The translations under genes were made by a program, and so were the position numbers. Under the pieces are notes generated by a model. The model was not told where the DNA came from, did no database searches, and saw nothing but the letters and a program-made list of their open reading frames with translations. Shown here one piece after another: positions 1 to 11,000 of a stretch of 64,000 nt of DNA. Numbering within the stretch: position 1 is the first letter of the stretch; every line of letters starts with the position of its first letter. This DNA comes from Henriciella sp. (lineage in GTDB: Bacteria; Pseudomonadota; Alphaproteobacteria; Caulobacterales; Hyphomonadaceae), in NCBI GenBank assembly GCA_046290585.1, contig JBKAGY010000001.1, positions 2,212,686-2,276,685 on the forward strand. Reading direction: 5' to 3'.

Positions 1-218
1 TAGAGTTGGATCAGGTCATCCATACTGGTCGACAGTTCGACCGCGATAATCTCAGCGCGCGGGATCATCACATCCTCGACTCGGGCGCTGGCAAAATCAG
101 CGATCCGCAGGCGCATCTCTTGTTGAGACGGCGCTTCTGGCGTTTCCGATGAGGGCTCGACCGGGTCGTCCGGGGTTTTCTTGAACAGGCCTAGCAAGCC
201 TTTGCGTCCTTCCGACAT
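1..218 (-). CDS. corC: HlyC/CorC family CBS-domain transporter, N-terminal part (runs off window start)
   Basis: Manual translation MSEGRKGLLGLFKK...ADFASARVEDVMIPRAEIIAVELS; the V-x-DVMIPR CBS motif and position after ybeY fit the conserved operon. Confidence 0.85.
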   Translation of the reverse strand, partial: MSEGRKGLLGLFKKTPDDPVEPSSETPEAPSQQEMRLRIADFASARVEDVMIPRAEIIAVELSTSMDDLIQL

Positions 219-257
219 GTCTTTCTTCGGTCCTGTTTGGCGCGTTCGAATCGCAAG

Positions 258-731
258 CTAACTATATGGATCAGGCCAGCCTAGTGACGCAAGCGCCGCA
301 ATCTCTAAGGCCTCCATTTCGGCGGCCTCTGTGTCATCTTTGTGGTCGTGCCCGAGTAAATGCAACACCCCGTGGATTAACAAATGCGATAAGTGTTGGT
401 CGAGTGGAATCCCGCGCATGGTCGCATCGGATTCTGTCACGCCGAGCGCAATCGCAATGTCGCCGAGGAATGGCCGATCCATTGGATCCGCTGGAAACGA
501 TAAGACATCTGTTGGTTTGTCTTTGCCGCGCCAGTCGCGATTGAGCGTTTGGATCTCGTCATTGCTAGTCAGCAAGACCGCGACTTCGCCTTTGACGGCT
601 TTTTGCGTCGCGCCGGCTTCAAGTGCGCGAAGGCAAATGGATTGCGGGTTGGCCAAGCGTTTCGCCCATTCCGGCTCCGCAACGCGTAAATCGAGATCAA
701 TCATCTGAGTCTGATTTAGCGGCTTTGTCAT
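258..731 (-). CDS. ybeY: rRNA maturation endoribonuclease YbeY
   Basis: LNRDWRGKDKPTDVLSF and HGVLHLLGHDH (H3xH5xH) motifs. Confidence 0.97.
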   Translation of the reverse strand: MTKPLNQTQMIDLDLRVAEPEWAKRLANPQSICLRALEAGATQKAVKGEVAVLLTSNDEIQTLNRDWRGKDKPTDVLSFPADPMDRPFLGDIAIALGVTESDATMRGIPLDQHLSHLLIHGVLHLLGHDHKDDTEAAEMEALEIAALASLGWPDPYS

Positions 732-1650
732 AGGCTTCGATGATCCGGCTCACCAAGGCATGGCGGCGGACATCGCGGGCGGTGAACGTCACTCGTCCGA
801 CGCCTTTCACGCCGCGCAGGATCCGCAAGGCATGAGCGAGGCCCGAAGTTTGGCTCTTGGGCAGGTCGACCTGGCCAGGGTCGCCAGTCACGACCATCCG
901 ACTGTCGCGGCCCAAGCGCGTCAGAACCATTTTCATCTGCGCGACCGTGGCGTTTTGTGCCTCATCCATAATCACGAAGGCATTCTTCAAGGTTCGCCCG
1001 CGCATAAAGGCAAGCGGCGCGACTTCGATCACACGTTTCTCGCGCAATCGGCCTGCTTGATCTGCGCCGAGGGTTTCATCGAGCGCATCCCAGATCGGGC
1101 GCAAATAAGGTTCAACTTTTTCTTCGAGATCTCCGGGCAAGAAGCCGAGATTCTCGCCCGCTTCGACCGCGGGGCGGGTGATGATCAGTTTTGACGCGGC
1201 TTTGTTTTTGAGCGCCGCTGCGCCGGCAGCGACGGCCAAAAAGGTCTTCCCTGTCCCGGCCGGGCCAACCCCGAAGATCAGGTCATTCTCAGCGCCCGTC
1301 AGCAGATCGAGATATTTCGCCTGCATGTTGGTTTGCGCTTTGATCGGTACTTTCAGGCCGGTCAGCGTGCGATAGTGCTGGCTGGGTGTGCGGGCCTGTT
1401 CCACCGCGCCTTCGAGCGCCGCGATCCCGGCATTTGGATTTTGCGCCAGCACGGTTTCAAACACGCTTAAAGCCAGCTCAGCCGTTGCCACCGCCTCGGC
1501 AGAGCCTTCGAGTGCGATTCCGCCGCCTTGGCTTTCTGCTTTCAGTGCTCCAGCCCCGAGCTCATTCTCGAGATAGAGCAGGTTCATGTGGTTGGGGCCG
1601 CAAATCACTGGCAGGAGTGACGCGTCCTTTGGGGTCCAGACTTGGCTCAA
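697..1650 (-). CDS. phoH: PhoH family ATPase
   Basis: [38 protein letters not shown] motifs. Confidence 0.96.
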   Translation of the reverse strand: MSQVWTPKDASLLPVICGPNHMNLLYLENELGAGALKAESQGGGIALEGSAEAVATAELALSVFETVLAQNPNAGIAALEGAVEQARTPSQHYRTLTGLKVPIKAQTNMQAKYLDLLTGAENDLIFGVGPAGTGKTFLAVAAGAAALKNKAASKLIITRPAVEAGENLGFLPGDLEEKVEPYLRPIWDALDETLGADQAGRLREKRVIEVAPLAFMRGRTLKNAFVIMDEAQNATVAQMKMVLTRLGRDSRMVVTGDPGQVDLPKSQTSGLAHALRILRGVKGVGRVTFTARDVRRHALVSRIIEAYDKAAKSDSDD

Positions 1651-3026
1651 GCGGCGACCTCTTTCGATTTGACGGCGAGCTCTCCCGAGAGCGAGTTCAA
1701 GGTCGCGCCATTGATCGAGACATCAATGATCTGCCCAACCAGGTCTGGCTGCGCATCGAAATGCACCGCCTGCAACCACGGCGAGCGCCCGTGCATCTGG
1801 CCATCTTTGCGACCTTTGCCGGTCACCAGGACAGGAATGGTCTGGCCGATCTTGGAGGCGTTGAACGCGGTCTGTTGCTCTTTCAAAAGCGCTTGCAGAG
1901 CCTGCAAGCGCTCATTCTTCACGTCCTCAGGGACTTGGCCGAACATCTCAGCAGCAGGCGTGCCAGGACGTTCGGAATATTTGAACGAATAAGCGATCGC
2001 GTAATTGACCTCGCGTACCAGATCCATCGTGTCTTCAAAGTCTTTATCGCTCTCGCCTGGAAACCCGACAATGAAATCAGACGCGAGCGCCATATCGGGC
2101 CGGGCTTCTTTCATCCGGCGCATAATGTCGAGATAGTGCTCGCGCGTGTGGCCGCGATTCATCGCTTTGAGGATATTGTTCGAGCCAGATTGAACTGGCA
2201 GGTGCAAGAACGGCATCAGCTCTGGCGTATCAGCATGCGCGGCGATCAGATCATCATCCATGTCGCGCGGGTGGCTGGTTGTGTAGCGGATCCGGTCGAG
2301 ACCGCCGACTTTAGCGACATGCCGAACCAAATGAGACAAGGTCCACTCTTCACCGCCTTCAAGCTGCGGGGCCGCGCCGTGATAGGCATTCACGTTCTGA
2401 CCAAGCAGCTGAACCTCGCGCACGCCTTGTCCGGCCAGGTTCCGCGCTTCGAAAATCACATCATCGACGGGGCGAGACAGTTCCGCGCCGCGCGTGTACG
2501 GGACGACGCAAAACGTGCAGAATTTATCGCAGCCTTCTTGCACCGATAGGAAGGCGACCGGGCCGTCGGCCTGGCGAGCCTTGGGCAGCGCATCAAACTT
2601 TTCCAGCGTTTCAAACTCAGTCTCAAGCCGCTCGCCTGTGGAACGATGCACGCGGGCAATCATCTCTGGCAGCTTGTGATAGGCTTGTGGGCCAAGCACC
2701 AAATCGACCGCTGGTTGGCGGCGCATAATCTCAGCGCCCTCAGCTTGGGCCACACAGCCAGCCACAGCGATGGTCATCTTGCCGCCCTGCGCCTGTTTCA
2801 GCTTCTTGATTTTGCCAAGCTCAGAATAGACTTTTTCTGTCGCTTTTTCGCGAATATGGCAGGTGTTGAGGACCACCAAATCAGCGCCATCGGGACTGTC
2901 GACCGGCGCATAGCCGATCTGGGCGAGGACGTCCTTCATACGCTCGCTATCATAGACATTCATCTGGCAGCCATAGGTCTTGATGAAGACCGATTTGCTG
3001 GACTTATCAGGGGTCATTTCACTCAT
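1647..3026 (-). CDS. miaB: tRNA-2-methylthio-N6-dimethylallyladenosine synthase (radical SAM)
   Basis: [20 protein letters not shown] radical-SAM motif, C-terminal TRAM domain. Confidence 0.98.
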   Translation of the reverse strand: MSEMTPDKSSKSVFIKTYGCQMNVYDSERMKDVLAQIGYAPVDSPDGADLVVLNTCHIREKATEKVYSELGKIKKLKQAQGGKMTIAVAGCVAQAEGAEIMRRQPAVDLVLGPQAYHKLPEMIARVHRSTGERLETEFETLEKFDALPKARQADGPVAFLSVQEGCDKFCTFCVVPYTRGAELSRPVDDVIFEARNLAGQGVREVQLLGQNVNAYHGAAPQLEGGEEWTLSHLVRHVAKVGGLDRIRYTTSHPRDMDDDLIAAHADTPELMPFLHLPVQSGSNNILKAMNRGHTREHYLDIMRRMKEARPDMALASDFIVGFPGESDKDFEDTMDLVREVNYAIAYSFKYSERPGTPAAEMFGQVPEDVKNERLQALQALLKEQQTAFNASKIGQTIPVLVTGKGRKDGQMHGRSPWLQAVHFDAQPDLVGQIIDVSINGATLNSLSGELAVKSKEVAA

Positions 3027-3085
3027 CGGGCGGCTTATGACTTAAAACCGCCCGAAAAGCTATATGTGGGTTCAGTTTTTGGTGA

Positions 3086-3253
3086 CTAAAAGGCCAGGTA
3101 AACGGCCTTCACGGCGAGCACGAGGACAATCGATCCGATTGCAGTGAGCATTGCCACATAAGTGCCCTCACGCAATTTATCGCGGTCGAGGATTGGGCCG
3201 TTAAATGAGTCTGACTGGTGACCAGCCTTGTTGTGCATGGGAAGTGTGTTCAT
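3086..3253 (-). CDS. Small single-TM hypothetical protein (~55 aa)
   Basis: SD (AAGGGAGA) before ATG at 3253; C-terminal hydrophobic helix; upstream TTGCAT-N16-TAAATA promoter-like sequence. Confidence 0.55.
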   Translation of the reverse strand: MNTLPMHNKAGHQSDSFNGPILDRDKLREGTYVAMLTAIGSIVLVLAVKAVYLAF

Positions 3254-3378
3254 GTTCTTATCTCCCTTCACTTTCTTACGCTAATGAGGCCTCCTATTTA
3301 CCATATGTCTTCAGAAATGCAACGGAACCGGACTAAAAATATGCTGCGATACGGATTAATTATTGTTCGGGTGCCTAC

Positions 3379-3927
3379 ATGACTCGCGTTATTTTGTTCA
3401 ACAAACCCTTCAATGTACTGTCGCAATTTACCGACAAAGGCGTTGCGGGATCGGCGCGGCAAACGCTGTCTGATTTCATAGATGTGCCCGCCGTTTATGC
3501 CGCCGGGCGGCTTGATCGGGACAGTGAAGGCTTGCTGGTTTTGACCGATAATGGACGGCTTCAGGCGCAAATCACCAATCCGCGCAACCGGACGCCAAAA
3601 ACCTATTGGGCGCAAGTTGAAGGCATCCCGGATGAGGCTGCATTGGACAAGCTGCGATCCGGCGTACAGCTCAAAGATGGCCTTAGCTCCGCTGCAGACG
3701 TGATCCGGATGGAGACGCCGGAGGACTTGTGGCCGCGAACGCCGCCGATCCGCGTGCGTAAATCGATCCCAGATTGCTGGATTTCGCTGACCATTTCAGA
3801 AGGCCGAAATCGCCAAGTGCGGCGTATGACGGCGGCGATCGGTCATCCCACACTGCGCCTGATCCGGTATCAGATCGGCAATTGGACGATTGATGGCCTA
3901 AATAGCGGGGAGTGGCGCGATGCTTAG
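3379..3927 (+). CDS. rluE: Pseudouridine synthase, RsuA/RluE family
   Basis: [12 protein letters not shown] catalytic motif; [10 protein letters not shown]. Confidence 0.9.
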   Translation: MTRVILFNKPFNVLSQFTDKGVAGSARQTLSDFIDVPAVYAAGRLDRDSEGLLVLTDNGRLQAQITNPRNRTPKTYWAQVEGIPDEAALDKLRSGVQLKDGLSSAADVIRMETPEDLWPRTPPIRVRKSIPDCWISLTISEGRNRQVRRMTAAIGHPTLRLIRYQIGNWTIDGLNSGEWRDA

Positions 3928-6359
3928 CTTTTAGCGAGCCGCGCTTTGGTCATCCCAGCATGCGGTTTGGCGGTTTCAGGCTGATCGGGCCAGTCATGTT
4001 TGGGGTACCGCCCGCGCATATCTTTTGCCATGTCGCGATATCCGCCTTGCCAAAAGCCAGGCAGATCCCGGGTTGTGGCCACAGGTTTGCCGCCCGGCGA
4101 TAGAATTTGCAGCGTCACCGGCAAACGCCCTTGCGCCAAGCTGATATGCTGCTGCGCGCCATAGAGTTCCTGGGCTTTGCATTCCACCAGCGGCGCCCGT
4201 TCATCGAGCCAGTCAATCTTTGCGTTTCGCCCAGAGGGGAGCTCAACCGCCAAGGGCGCGTATTGATCCAACTCTTTGGGGAGTGGCCAATCGAGCTGCG
4301 CTTTTAACGCATCCCGAAGCGTGGCGGGTGTCGGCATGGTAAATGATTGGTTACTCAAAATCGGGCCGAGCCAATCTCTGACGGTCTGGGACCGCTCGTC
4401 GAAGCCCCATTCTGGCCAAGGGGCGCCGAATAGGGTGCGGAGATGGGTCAAGCGCGCCAACATGGTCTGCATCGGCACACCCAGACCGGTGGGCGCGAAA
4501 CCGTCTGTCTCGATATGGGCCAAGAACGCGTCGTTCGCGGCTTCTGGACTAGGTTTGGGGAGCGGTTGTTCGCTGAGAATGATGGCGCCGATAGCTTTTA
4601 CGCGGCGGGCCTTGAATGTGCCTTTGGCTGGGTCGAACTCAGCCGTTTCGCGGGTTTCTTCGCGGCCGATGGAGCGGGCCAGCTGCTCATCCAGCGGGGC
4701 AGCGAGCGTAATCCGAGCGGTTTTCGCGCTGCCAACCATGTCGGCGACGACCAACCAGTCTGACTTGGCGAGGGCGGATGTGTCATCGATTTGACCGGCG
4801 CGGCCTGAAGCGAGGACATATTGCGCACTGCTGCCTGGCCGTTTTCGCGCGATCATGTCGGGCCAGCCGCGGGCTAGGATTTCAGCGACATTGCCGGATG
4901 CTTTCCCGCCGCCAGCCCATTGCGCGGCTTGGCGTTTCAATGTCTCAGCACGCCGCCCACGATCGCGTTGGAAGCTCGCCAGTCGTTCATTAAGATGAGC
5001 ATTGTTGCCACCAATCCCCCGCTCGCTGATCAATGCTGCGATTTGCGCGGCGAGTGCGCGATGAGGATCCGTTTCGGCGCGAACAATCAGGGCTGCGAGG
5101 CGCGGCGAAAGCGGCAATTTGGTCATCGCGCGGCCGATATTTGTCAGACCTCCGGCCTCATCGAGGGCGCCGAGCGCGCGCAAATCTTGCTTTGCTGCCT
5201 TTAAGCGGCCAGGGGCTGGCGGGGTCAGCCAGTTCAGGCGCTCCGGCTTTGCTTCCCCCCAATCAGCGAGTGTGAGCAAAAGGCCAGACAGATCGGCATT
5301 TTGGATTTCTGGCTCTGGCGCGGCAGTTAGGCCTCGGCTCTCTGCCTCGTCCCAGAGCCGATAGCAGATACCTGGGCCTAATCGTCCGGCGCGGCCGCGT
5401 CGTTGGTCGACATTGGCGCGGGCGGCGCGCACCGTCTGAAGCTCGGTGGACAATCCGCCTGGGACATAGCGCGGCACCCGGGCATAGCCGCTATCGACCA
5501 CGACAGACACGCCCTCAATGGTCAGTGCACTTTCCGCGATATCGGTTGCCAGCACGACTTTTCTTTGGCCCTCGGGAGAGGGTCGAATGGCAGCGTCTTG
5601 ATCTTGCGGGCTCAGCGCGCCAAACAGCGGAGCGATGAGAACATCATTTAGATGCGACAAGCGTTCTGCGGTCCGGCGAATTTCGCCAGCGCCGGGCAAA
5701 AAGGCGAGAACGGAGCCATCAGTTTCCCGCACAGCCCGCTCGATTGCCCGCGCCATTTGATCTTCAAGCCGGTCTTGTGTGCGCCCGAGATACCGGGTCT
5801 CGACCGGATATTGCCGCCCCTCGCTCTCAATCGCCGGCGCGTCGAGTTTGCCTGCCATCGACGATGTATCGAGCGTTGCTGACATGGCCAGCAGGTGCAC
5901 ATCATCGCGCAAAGCGGACTGGACTTCGAGTGCCAAGGCGAGGCCCAGATCGGCGCTGAGGCTGCGCTCGTGAATCTCGTCAAAGATCACCGCGCTGACG
6001 CCTGAAAGCTCTGGATCTGCGAGCAATCGCCGCGTGAACAAGCCGTCGGTGATCACCTCGACCACAGTGTCTTTGCTGGTCTTGCGATCCACCCGGGTCG
6101 AGAGCCCGATCCGCTTGCCGAGCGGCTCGCCTAGGGTCTGGGCCATGCGTTGCGCGGCCATGCGGGCGGCAATCCGGCGCGGCTCGAGCATGACGATTTT
6201 ACCGGGCAGCGCATCGAAGCCATCGATTAGGCCCGCCAGTGCCAAGGGCACGCGGGTCGTCTTCCCCGCCCCGGGCGGCGCACCAAGGATCAATCGCTGC
6301 CGCGCTTTCAGCGTCGCAGCAATCTCTGGCAGCAAGGGTTCAATGGGAAGATCGCTCAT
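3924..6359 (-). CDS. hrpB: ATP-dependent RNA helicase HrpB (likely start MSDLPI at 6359)
   Basis: [23 protein letters not shown] and HrpB C-terminus (FWQGGY...[11 protein letters not shown]). Confidence 0.96.
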   Translation of the reverse strand: MSDLPIEPLLPEIAATLKARQRLILGAPPGAGKTTRVPLALAGLIDGFDALPGKIVMLEPRRIAARMAAQRMAQTLGEPLGKRIGLSTRVDRKTSKDTVVEVITDGLFTRRLLADPELSGVSAVIFDEIHERSLSADLGLALALEVQSALRDDVHLLAMSATLDTSSMAGKLDAPAIESEGRQYPVETRYLGRTQDRLEDQMARAIERAVRETDGSVLAFLPGAGEIRRTAERLSHLNDVLIAPLFGALSPQDQDAAIRPSPEGQRKVVLATDIAESALTIEGVSVVVDSGYARVPRYVPGGLSTELQTVRAARANVDQRRGRAGRLGPGICYRLWDEAESRGLTAAPEPEIQNADLSGLLLTLADWGEAKPERLNWLTPPAPGRLKAAKQDLRALGALDEAGGLTNIGRAMTKLPLSPRLAALIVRAETDPHRALAAQIAALISERGIGGNNAHLNERLASFQRDRGRRAETLKRQAAQWAGGGKASGNVAEILARGWPDMIARKRPGSSAQYVLASGRAGQIDDTSALAKSDWLVVADMVGSAKTARITLAAPLDEQLARSIGREETRETAEFDPAKGTFKARRVKAIGAIILSEQPLPKPSPEAANDAFLAHIETDGFAPTGLGVPMQTMLARLTHLRTLFGAPWPEWGFDERSQTVRDWLGPILSNQSFTMPTPATLRDALKAQLDWPLPKELDQYAPLAVELPSGRNAKIDWLDERAPLVECKAQELYGAQQHISLAQGRLPVTLQILSPGGKPVATTRDLPGFWQGGYRDMAKDMRGRYPKHDWPDQPETAKPHAGMTKARLAKS

Positions 6360-6448
6360 AAAAACACTCATGTCCTCAGTCTTGAGGTTTCGCAATCGCT
6401 GGATATCAACTAAAGGCAGGCGGTCTTGTCTTAGTGGAGTGACCCCCT

Positions 6449-7180
6449 GTGACCTCATCCCCAGAATTCTCGATCTGTGTGCCAATGCACAATGAATCCG
6501 GCAATGCGGAACATTTGATTGACGAGATCGCAGCCGCCCTAGCTGGACGCGCTTATGAGATGGTCATCACCGATGACGCCTCGACGGATGATACGCGGGC
6601 AGTTCTGGCCAGTTTGAAAGCCAAATATCCTGAGCTTCGCGTGATTGCGCACCGCTCGAATGCGGGCCAATCGCGGGCTTTGAGGACCGCCATTCAGCAT
6701 GCGCGCGCGCCGATTATTGGCACCCTAGATGGGGACGGTCAGAATGATCCGGCAGATCTTCCCGCCTTGTATCGCAGCCTGACCCGCGCCGATGCGCCAG
6801 AAGGCCTGACTATGGTGATGGGGCGCCGGGCCAGCCGCAAAGACTCGTCTTGGAAAAAGTTTGGCTCTCGCTTTGCCAATGCCTTCCGCAAACGCCTCTT
6901 GCGCGATGAATGCGATGATAGCGGGTGCGGGATCAAAGTGATGAAGCGCGAGGCGTTTCTGGCTTTGCCCTATTTCGATCATATGCACCGCTACATGCCA
7001 GCGTTGATGAATGCTGAAGGCTATGGCGTCGAGTTTATGGATGTGAACCATCGCGAACGCGGCGCAGGGCAATCTAAATACACCAATTTTGGCCGCCTCG
7101 GAGACGCGCTGTCAGATCTGCGCGGCGTGATGTGGCTCATTCGCCGCCGTCGTAATCCAGGTGGATCTGACGAGATCTAG
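6449..7180 (+). CDS. GT2 polyprenol-phosphate glycosyltransferase (ArnC/DPM1-like)
   Basis: DDASTD, NAGQSRAL, DGDGQNDPADLP, DSGCGIK, MHRYMP motifs. Confidence 0.9.
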   Translation: MTSSPEFSICVPMHNESGNAEHLIDEIAAALAGRAYEMVITDDASTDDTRAVLASLKAKYPELRVIAHRSNAGQSRALRTAIQHARAPIIGTLDGDGQNDPADLPALYRSLTRADAPEGLTMVMGRRASRKDSSWKKFGSRFANAFRKRLLRDECDDSGCGIKVMKREAFLALPYFDHMHRYMPALMNAEGYGVEFMDVNHRERGAGQSKYTNFGRLGDALSDLRGVMWLIRRRRNPGGSDEI

Positions 7181-7719
7181 GTCTTTATCTGGTCCAGAAT
7201 AAATGCCGCGCGCGTCTCAAGAGGCCCAATTGGCACATCGACCAAGTCATAGCCGGATTGCTCATAGCCCTGACGAATAAGGTCCCCGAACGCGACAGCG
7301 CCGTTAAAATCGAGCGTGCGCTCTTCGTCATTCTCATAAATCTCTTGCCATCCTGGTAAAAAGAAGACTGTTGATTGGTAGCGGTGCGCGGCGATGGCCT
7401 CGCGAATGTCGCGGTCATCGAGCTGATAAAAGGCTGTAAAGCCAAGCAAATCTGGCAATCCGCGATCGAACACTGAGATGCCCGAGGCGGCCCCATAATC
7501 TCGCACAGCGAGCGCAAGCATTTGGGCCACAAAGGCGGCGGGGTCTTGGTCACCGGTTGCTGTGCCGCCGATCCGCCTTTGCTCTGCCAGCACGCGGCGC
7601 GCCGGTTCAGCGACGGTTTGAACCCGCGACCCGAGTGCTTTGAGCAGGCTCGTCTTTCCTGATCCAGGCGGCCCGCTCAGGACGAAATAGGACGGAGATT
7701 TTGAGGTGATCGCAGACAT
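7177..7719 (-). CDS. AAA_28/NadR-like P-loop ATPase
   Basis: SGPPGSGKTS Walker A, FDRGLPD, YENDEER. Confidence 0.85.
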   Translation of the reverse strand: MSAITSKSPSYFVLSGPPGSGKTSLLKALGSRVQTVAEPARRVLAEQRRIGGTATGDQDPAAFVAQMLALAVRDYGAASGISVFDRGLPDLLGFTAFYQLDDRDIREAIAAHRYQSTVFFLPGWQEIYENDEERTLDFNGAVAFGDLIRQGYEQSGYDLVDVPIGPLETRAAFILDQIKT

Positions 7720-7876
7720 GCTCACTTTGCATTAATCCATATTACGGTTAACTGGTCAGGCGAGGAGGCGCGCCATGACCGTACCATTTCCGGGCGCTGT
7801 TATGGCGGGTCTCGACGAAAAACAGCAAAGGGTGGAGCGCCAGAATGGCCATAGTCCACGGAAAAGGGGAAGTTTG

Positions 7877-8356
7877 ATGCGACTTTTACTTAGCGCATTT
7901 CCGCTATTTGTAATTCCAGTGGGCATTTATTGCCTGATCGCCCTGACCAGCAATGGCGATCCTGCCGTGCTGACGCATGGCAATGAAGTATTGAGCGAGA
8001 AAGTCTCGCCTCTGATGGCCATCTTGGGCCAAAAGTTCTTCTCTATCGGCATGATTGGCGGCGAGATCGAATGGGTGCTGACCAAAGGCGACGCGCTGCT
8101 TCTGCTTTCGATTGGTGTTCTGTTTATGGAAATCCTGAAATCGACCAGCACTGGCACAGCGACGATTATGAACCACGCGCTCTCAATGATCGTGTTCATT
8201 GTCTGCTTGATGCTGTTCCTGCTGCATCCGAACTTCGCGACCTCTGTTTTCTTCATCCTGACCATTATGGCGCTGCTTGATGTGCTTGCAGGGGTCGTGG
8301 TGACGATCGTTTCAGCGCGACGCGATTTTGGCGTTGGCGAAGGGTTTGTGGGATAG
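7877..8356 (+). CDS. Conserved hypothetical membrane protein (~4 TM)
   Basis: SD AGGGGA before ATG 7877; several hydrophobic helices. Confidence 0.75.
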   Translation: MRLLLSAFPLFVIPVGIYCLIALTSNGDPAVLTHGNEVLSEKVSPLMAILGQKFFSIGMIGGEIEWVLTKGDALLLLSIGVLFMEILKSTSTGTATIMNHALSMIVFIVCLMLFLLHPNFATSVFFILTIMALLDVLAGVVVTIVSARRDFGVGEGFVG

Positions 8357-8396
8357 ATTATCCCCATTTGATCAGATATCTGCAAAAACTTGGGAC

Positions 8397-8424
8397 CGGG
8401 CGCTTCACAGCGCCCGTTTCTGTT
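8397..8424 (+). terminator. Intrinsic terminator
   Basis: CGGGCGCT-TCAC-AGCGCCCG followed by TTTCTGTT. Confidence 0.7.
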
Positions 8425-8470
8425 CTAGGGTGGCGACCTGTAGAGAAAAAAGCTTTGCCGGGGAGGCATT

Positions 8471-9943
8471 ATGGAAGCGTTTTACGGATTTGTTGATAAT
8501 CTTAGTGGGTTTATCTGGGGCGGCTCATGGGGCAGCACCCAGGTCTTGCCCTTTGCGCCCTTAGCGGTCTTTCTTTTAGGGTCTGGCCTATATTTCATGA
8601 TCCGCTTGGGCGGTCGCCCTTTGCGCCGGTTTGGTCCGGCCTTGGCGGAATTGTGGGGTAGCCGCAAAGGCGATGGTGACCCAAACACGATCACCGCTTG
8701 GCAAGCCCTGTCCACGGCCCTGTCAGGCCAAGTTGGAACCGGGAACCTGGCTGGGGTTGCAACCGCGATTACACTTGGCGGACCCGGGGCGATCTTCTGG
8801 ATGTGGCTGACCGCGCTGTTCGGTATGGCCTTGGCGTTTGCGGAAAGCTCGCTCGCCATCAAATATCGAGAGCGTGATAAATATGGCCGCATCAATGGTG
8901 GCCCGATGTATTATATCAAAAACGCGCTCGGCAAGAATTGGGGCTGGCTCGCCGTCTTCTTCTGTATCGGCACCTTGTTCTCCGCCACCGCGACTGGCGG
9001 AATGGTTCAGGCCAACTCGATCACCCAAACGGTCGTACGAAGCGGCGCAGAAATCGGCGTTGGTATCCCAACATGGAGCGTCGGCTTGGTGCTTGCGGTG
9101 CTGACTTTTGCGGTCATCATTGGCGGCATCAAATCAATTGGTAGCGTGGCCGGAAAAGTCGTCCCGTTCATGGCGCTCTTCTACGTCGCGGCAGCCTTTG
9201 TCGTGTTGATGATGAATGTCACCGAAATCCCGGCGGCGCTGTCTTTGATCGTCAAATCCGCTTTTGGACTTGAGCAAGCGGCTGGTGGTCTTGCGGGCTA
9301 CGGCATGGCGGCGGCGGTTCGCGCTGGTGTCGCGCGCGGCCTGTTCTCTAACGAGGCTGGCCAAGGGTCTGCACCAATCGCACACGCGGCGGCGCAAACC
9401 CGCAACCCAGTCAAGCAAGGCGAGATCGCAATGATCGGTGTGTTTATCGACACACTGGTGATTTGTACGATGACGGCTTTGGTGATCCTGACCACGACTG
9501 GCACTTGGGTCACTGCTGATGGCGGCGAAACCCAATATATCTGGCTCGCAGCAGACCTTGAAGCCTCTGCGATTACCAATGCCGCTTATGAAGCAGCGTT
9601 TAGCGGTGGCGGCTGGATCGTGACGATTTGTTTGGCGCTGTTTGCCTTCACCACGATTATCGGTTGGTCTTATTATGCCGAACAGGCGTTGACTTATTTG
9701 GTCGGCGAATGGGCGACCAAGCCGTTCCGGTTCCTTTGGGTCGGAGTGATCTTTGTCGGCGCCTTGGCGCAGGTTGAGTTCGTTTGGAAATTTGGTGATC
9801 TCGCCAATGCCTCCATGGCCTTGCCGAACTTGATTGCGATCCTCTTGCTGTCCAGCGTCGTCGTGGCGATGCACAGGAAGAATGGCGATCCAGATACCGA
9901 AGATGGGGATTCCATCATGTTGAAAGGCGAAGGGGTCGAGTAG
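8471..9943 (+). CDS. alsT: Alanine/glycine:cation symporter (AlsT/AGCS family)
   Basis: GQVGTGNLAGVA, GGPGAIFWMW, GLFSNEAGQGSAPIAHA. Confidence 0.95.
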   Translation: MEAFYGFVDNLSGFIWGGSWGSTQVLPFAPLAVFLLGSGLYFMIRLGGRPLRRFGPALAELWGSRKGDGDPNTITAWQALSTALSGQVGTGNLAGVATAITLGGPGAIFWMWLTALFGMALAFAESSLAIKYRERDKYGRINGGPMYYIKNALGKNWGWLAVFFCIGTLFSATATGGMVQANSITQTVVRSGAEIGVGIPTWSVGLVLAVLTFAVIIGGIKSIGSVAGKVVPFMALFYVAAAFVVLMMNVTEIPAALSLIVKSAFGLEQAAGGLAGYGMAAAVRAGVARGLFSNEAGQGSAPIAHAAAQTRNPVKQGEIAMIGVFIDTLVICTMTALVILTTTGTWVTADGGETQYIWLAADLEASAITNAAYEAAFSGGGWIVTICLALFAFTTIIGWSYYAEQALTYLVGEWATKPFRFLWVGVIFVGALAQVEFVWKFGDLANASMALPNLIAILLLSSVVVAMHRKNGDPDTEDGDSIMLKGEGVE

Positions 9944-9968
9944 ACGCGCCTCTTTTAGCAAATCTAAG

Positions 9969-10001
9969 CGGGCGCTCCCATCAGAGCGCCCGTTTTCGTT
10001 T
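9969..10001 (+). terminator. Intrinsic terminator after alsT
   Basis: CGGGCGCTC-CCATCA-GAGCGCCCG-TTTTCGTTT. Confidence 0.8.
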
Positions 10002-10032
10002 GGCGTTAAGGTCTGTCTTTTAGACAGAACGC

Positions 10033-10929
10033 ATGTCTGATCATTCGCGTATTGAAGCTTTCTTGGAAATGATGTCTGCCGAGCGTGGGGCTTCGCCGCA
10101 CACGCTAGACGCCTATGGTCGCGACTTGCTTGAGGCCTCAGGCTATCTTGGCGGGACTTTGTGCGCGGCCGATCCACGAGACCTTTCCGGCTGGATGCAA
10201 TCGCTCGCCAAAGACGGTTTGGCCGCTTCGACCCAAGCGCGCAAACTGTCCTCGCTAAAGCGATTTTTCCGTTTCTTGTTCGAAGAGCGTGATCGCAAGG
10301 ATGATCCAACCTCCAAACTGGATGCGCCGAAAGTTCAGCGCGATGTACCCGATGTATTGTCGCGCGAGGATGTCGATGACTTGCTCCGGGCTTGCGTTGA
10401 TGATCCGCGCATGACCTGCCTTTTAGAACTGCTCTACGGCGCTGGGTTGCGGGTGACCGAATTGGTGAGCTTGCGCCTCGGCGATCTTCCGCGCCGCCGC
10501 CTCGGCCTCTGGGAAACAAGGGAAATGATTATTCGCGGCAAAGGCGGCAAAGAACGCATGTGCCCGTTGGGCGCGCCAGCATTGCTCGCGATCCGCAATT
10601 GGCTCGAACTGCGCGATGATGACAAATATGGGACCGGCAGCGGGGCGTTTCTGTTTCCATCCCGGGGCAAAACCGGCCACCTCACCCGACGCCGTTTGGC
10701 GCAAATGCTAGAAGCGCTGGCAATTAAGGTTGGGCTGTCTCCAACCCGCGTCCATCCGCACGCTCTGCGTCACGCCTATGCGACGCATCTCCTGCAGGGC
10801 GGGGCTGACCTGCGCAGCGTGCAAACGCTTTTGGGGCATGCCGATATCGCGACAACGCAAATCTATACCCACGTGCTGACCGACGAACTTGCCGAACTGT
10901 TAGAGACCGCGCATCCGATGGCGCAATAG
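10033..10929 (+). CDS. xerD: Chromosomal tyrosine recombinase XerD
   Basis: LLYGAGLRVTEL, HPHALRHAYATHLL, LLGHADIATTQIYTHV; alpha-type N-terminus FLEMMSAERGAS. Confidence 0.92.
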   Translation: MSDHSRIEAFLEMMSAERGASPHTLDAYGRDLLEASGYLGGTLCAADPRDLSGWMQSLAKDGLAASTQARKLSSLKRFFRFLFEERDRKDDPTSKLDAPKVQRDVPDVLSREDVDDLLRACVDDPRMTCLLELLYGAGLRVTELVSLRLGDLPRRRLGLWETREMIIRGKGGKERMCPLGAPALLAIRNWLELRDDDKYGTGSGAFLFPSRGKTGHLTRRRLAQMLEALAIKVGLSPTRVHPHALRHAYATHLLQGGADLRSVQTLLGHADIATTQIYTHVLTDELAELLETAHPMAQ

Positions 10930-11000
10930 GCCTGCCCCTAAGTCCCCATTGCCTCCGCTGTTTTGCTCGCTAGGTTGCGCGTCAAATCGGAGGATCATCG

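Noticed and set aside
8356-8470. Glycine riboswitch expected upstream of alsT
   Set aside because: No GGAGA...CCGAAG...CTCTCAGG aptamer; the space holds only a terminator and a short promoter
9134-10519. Long antisense or alternate-frame ORFs (e.g. 9134-10519, 1386-2549, 41593-42417, 52123-52941)
   Set aside because: They are shadows of well-supported genes in GC-rich DNA, with no motifs or SD
10033-10929. Tyrosine recombinase as a prophage or island integrase
   Set aside because: The sequence is typical XerD; there are no att repeats, tRNA or phage genes nearby
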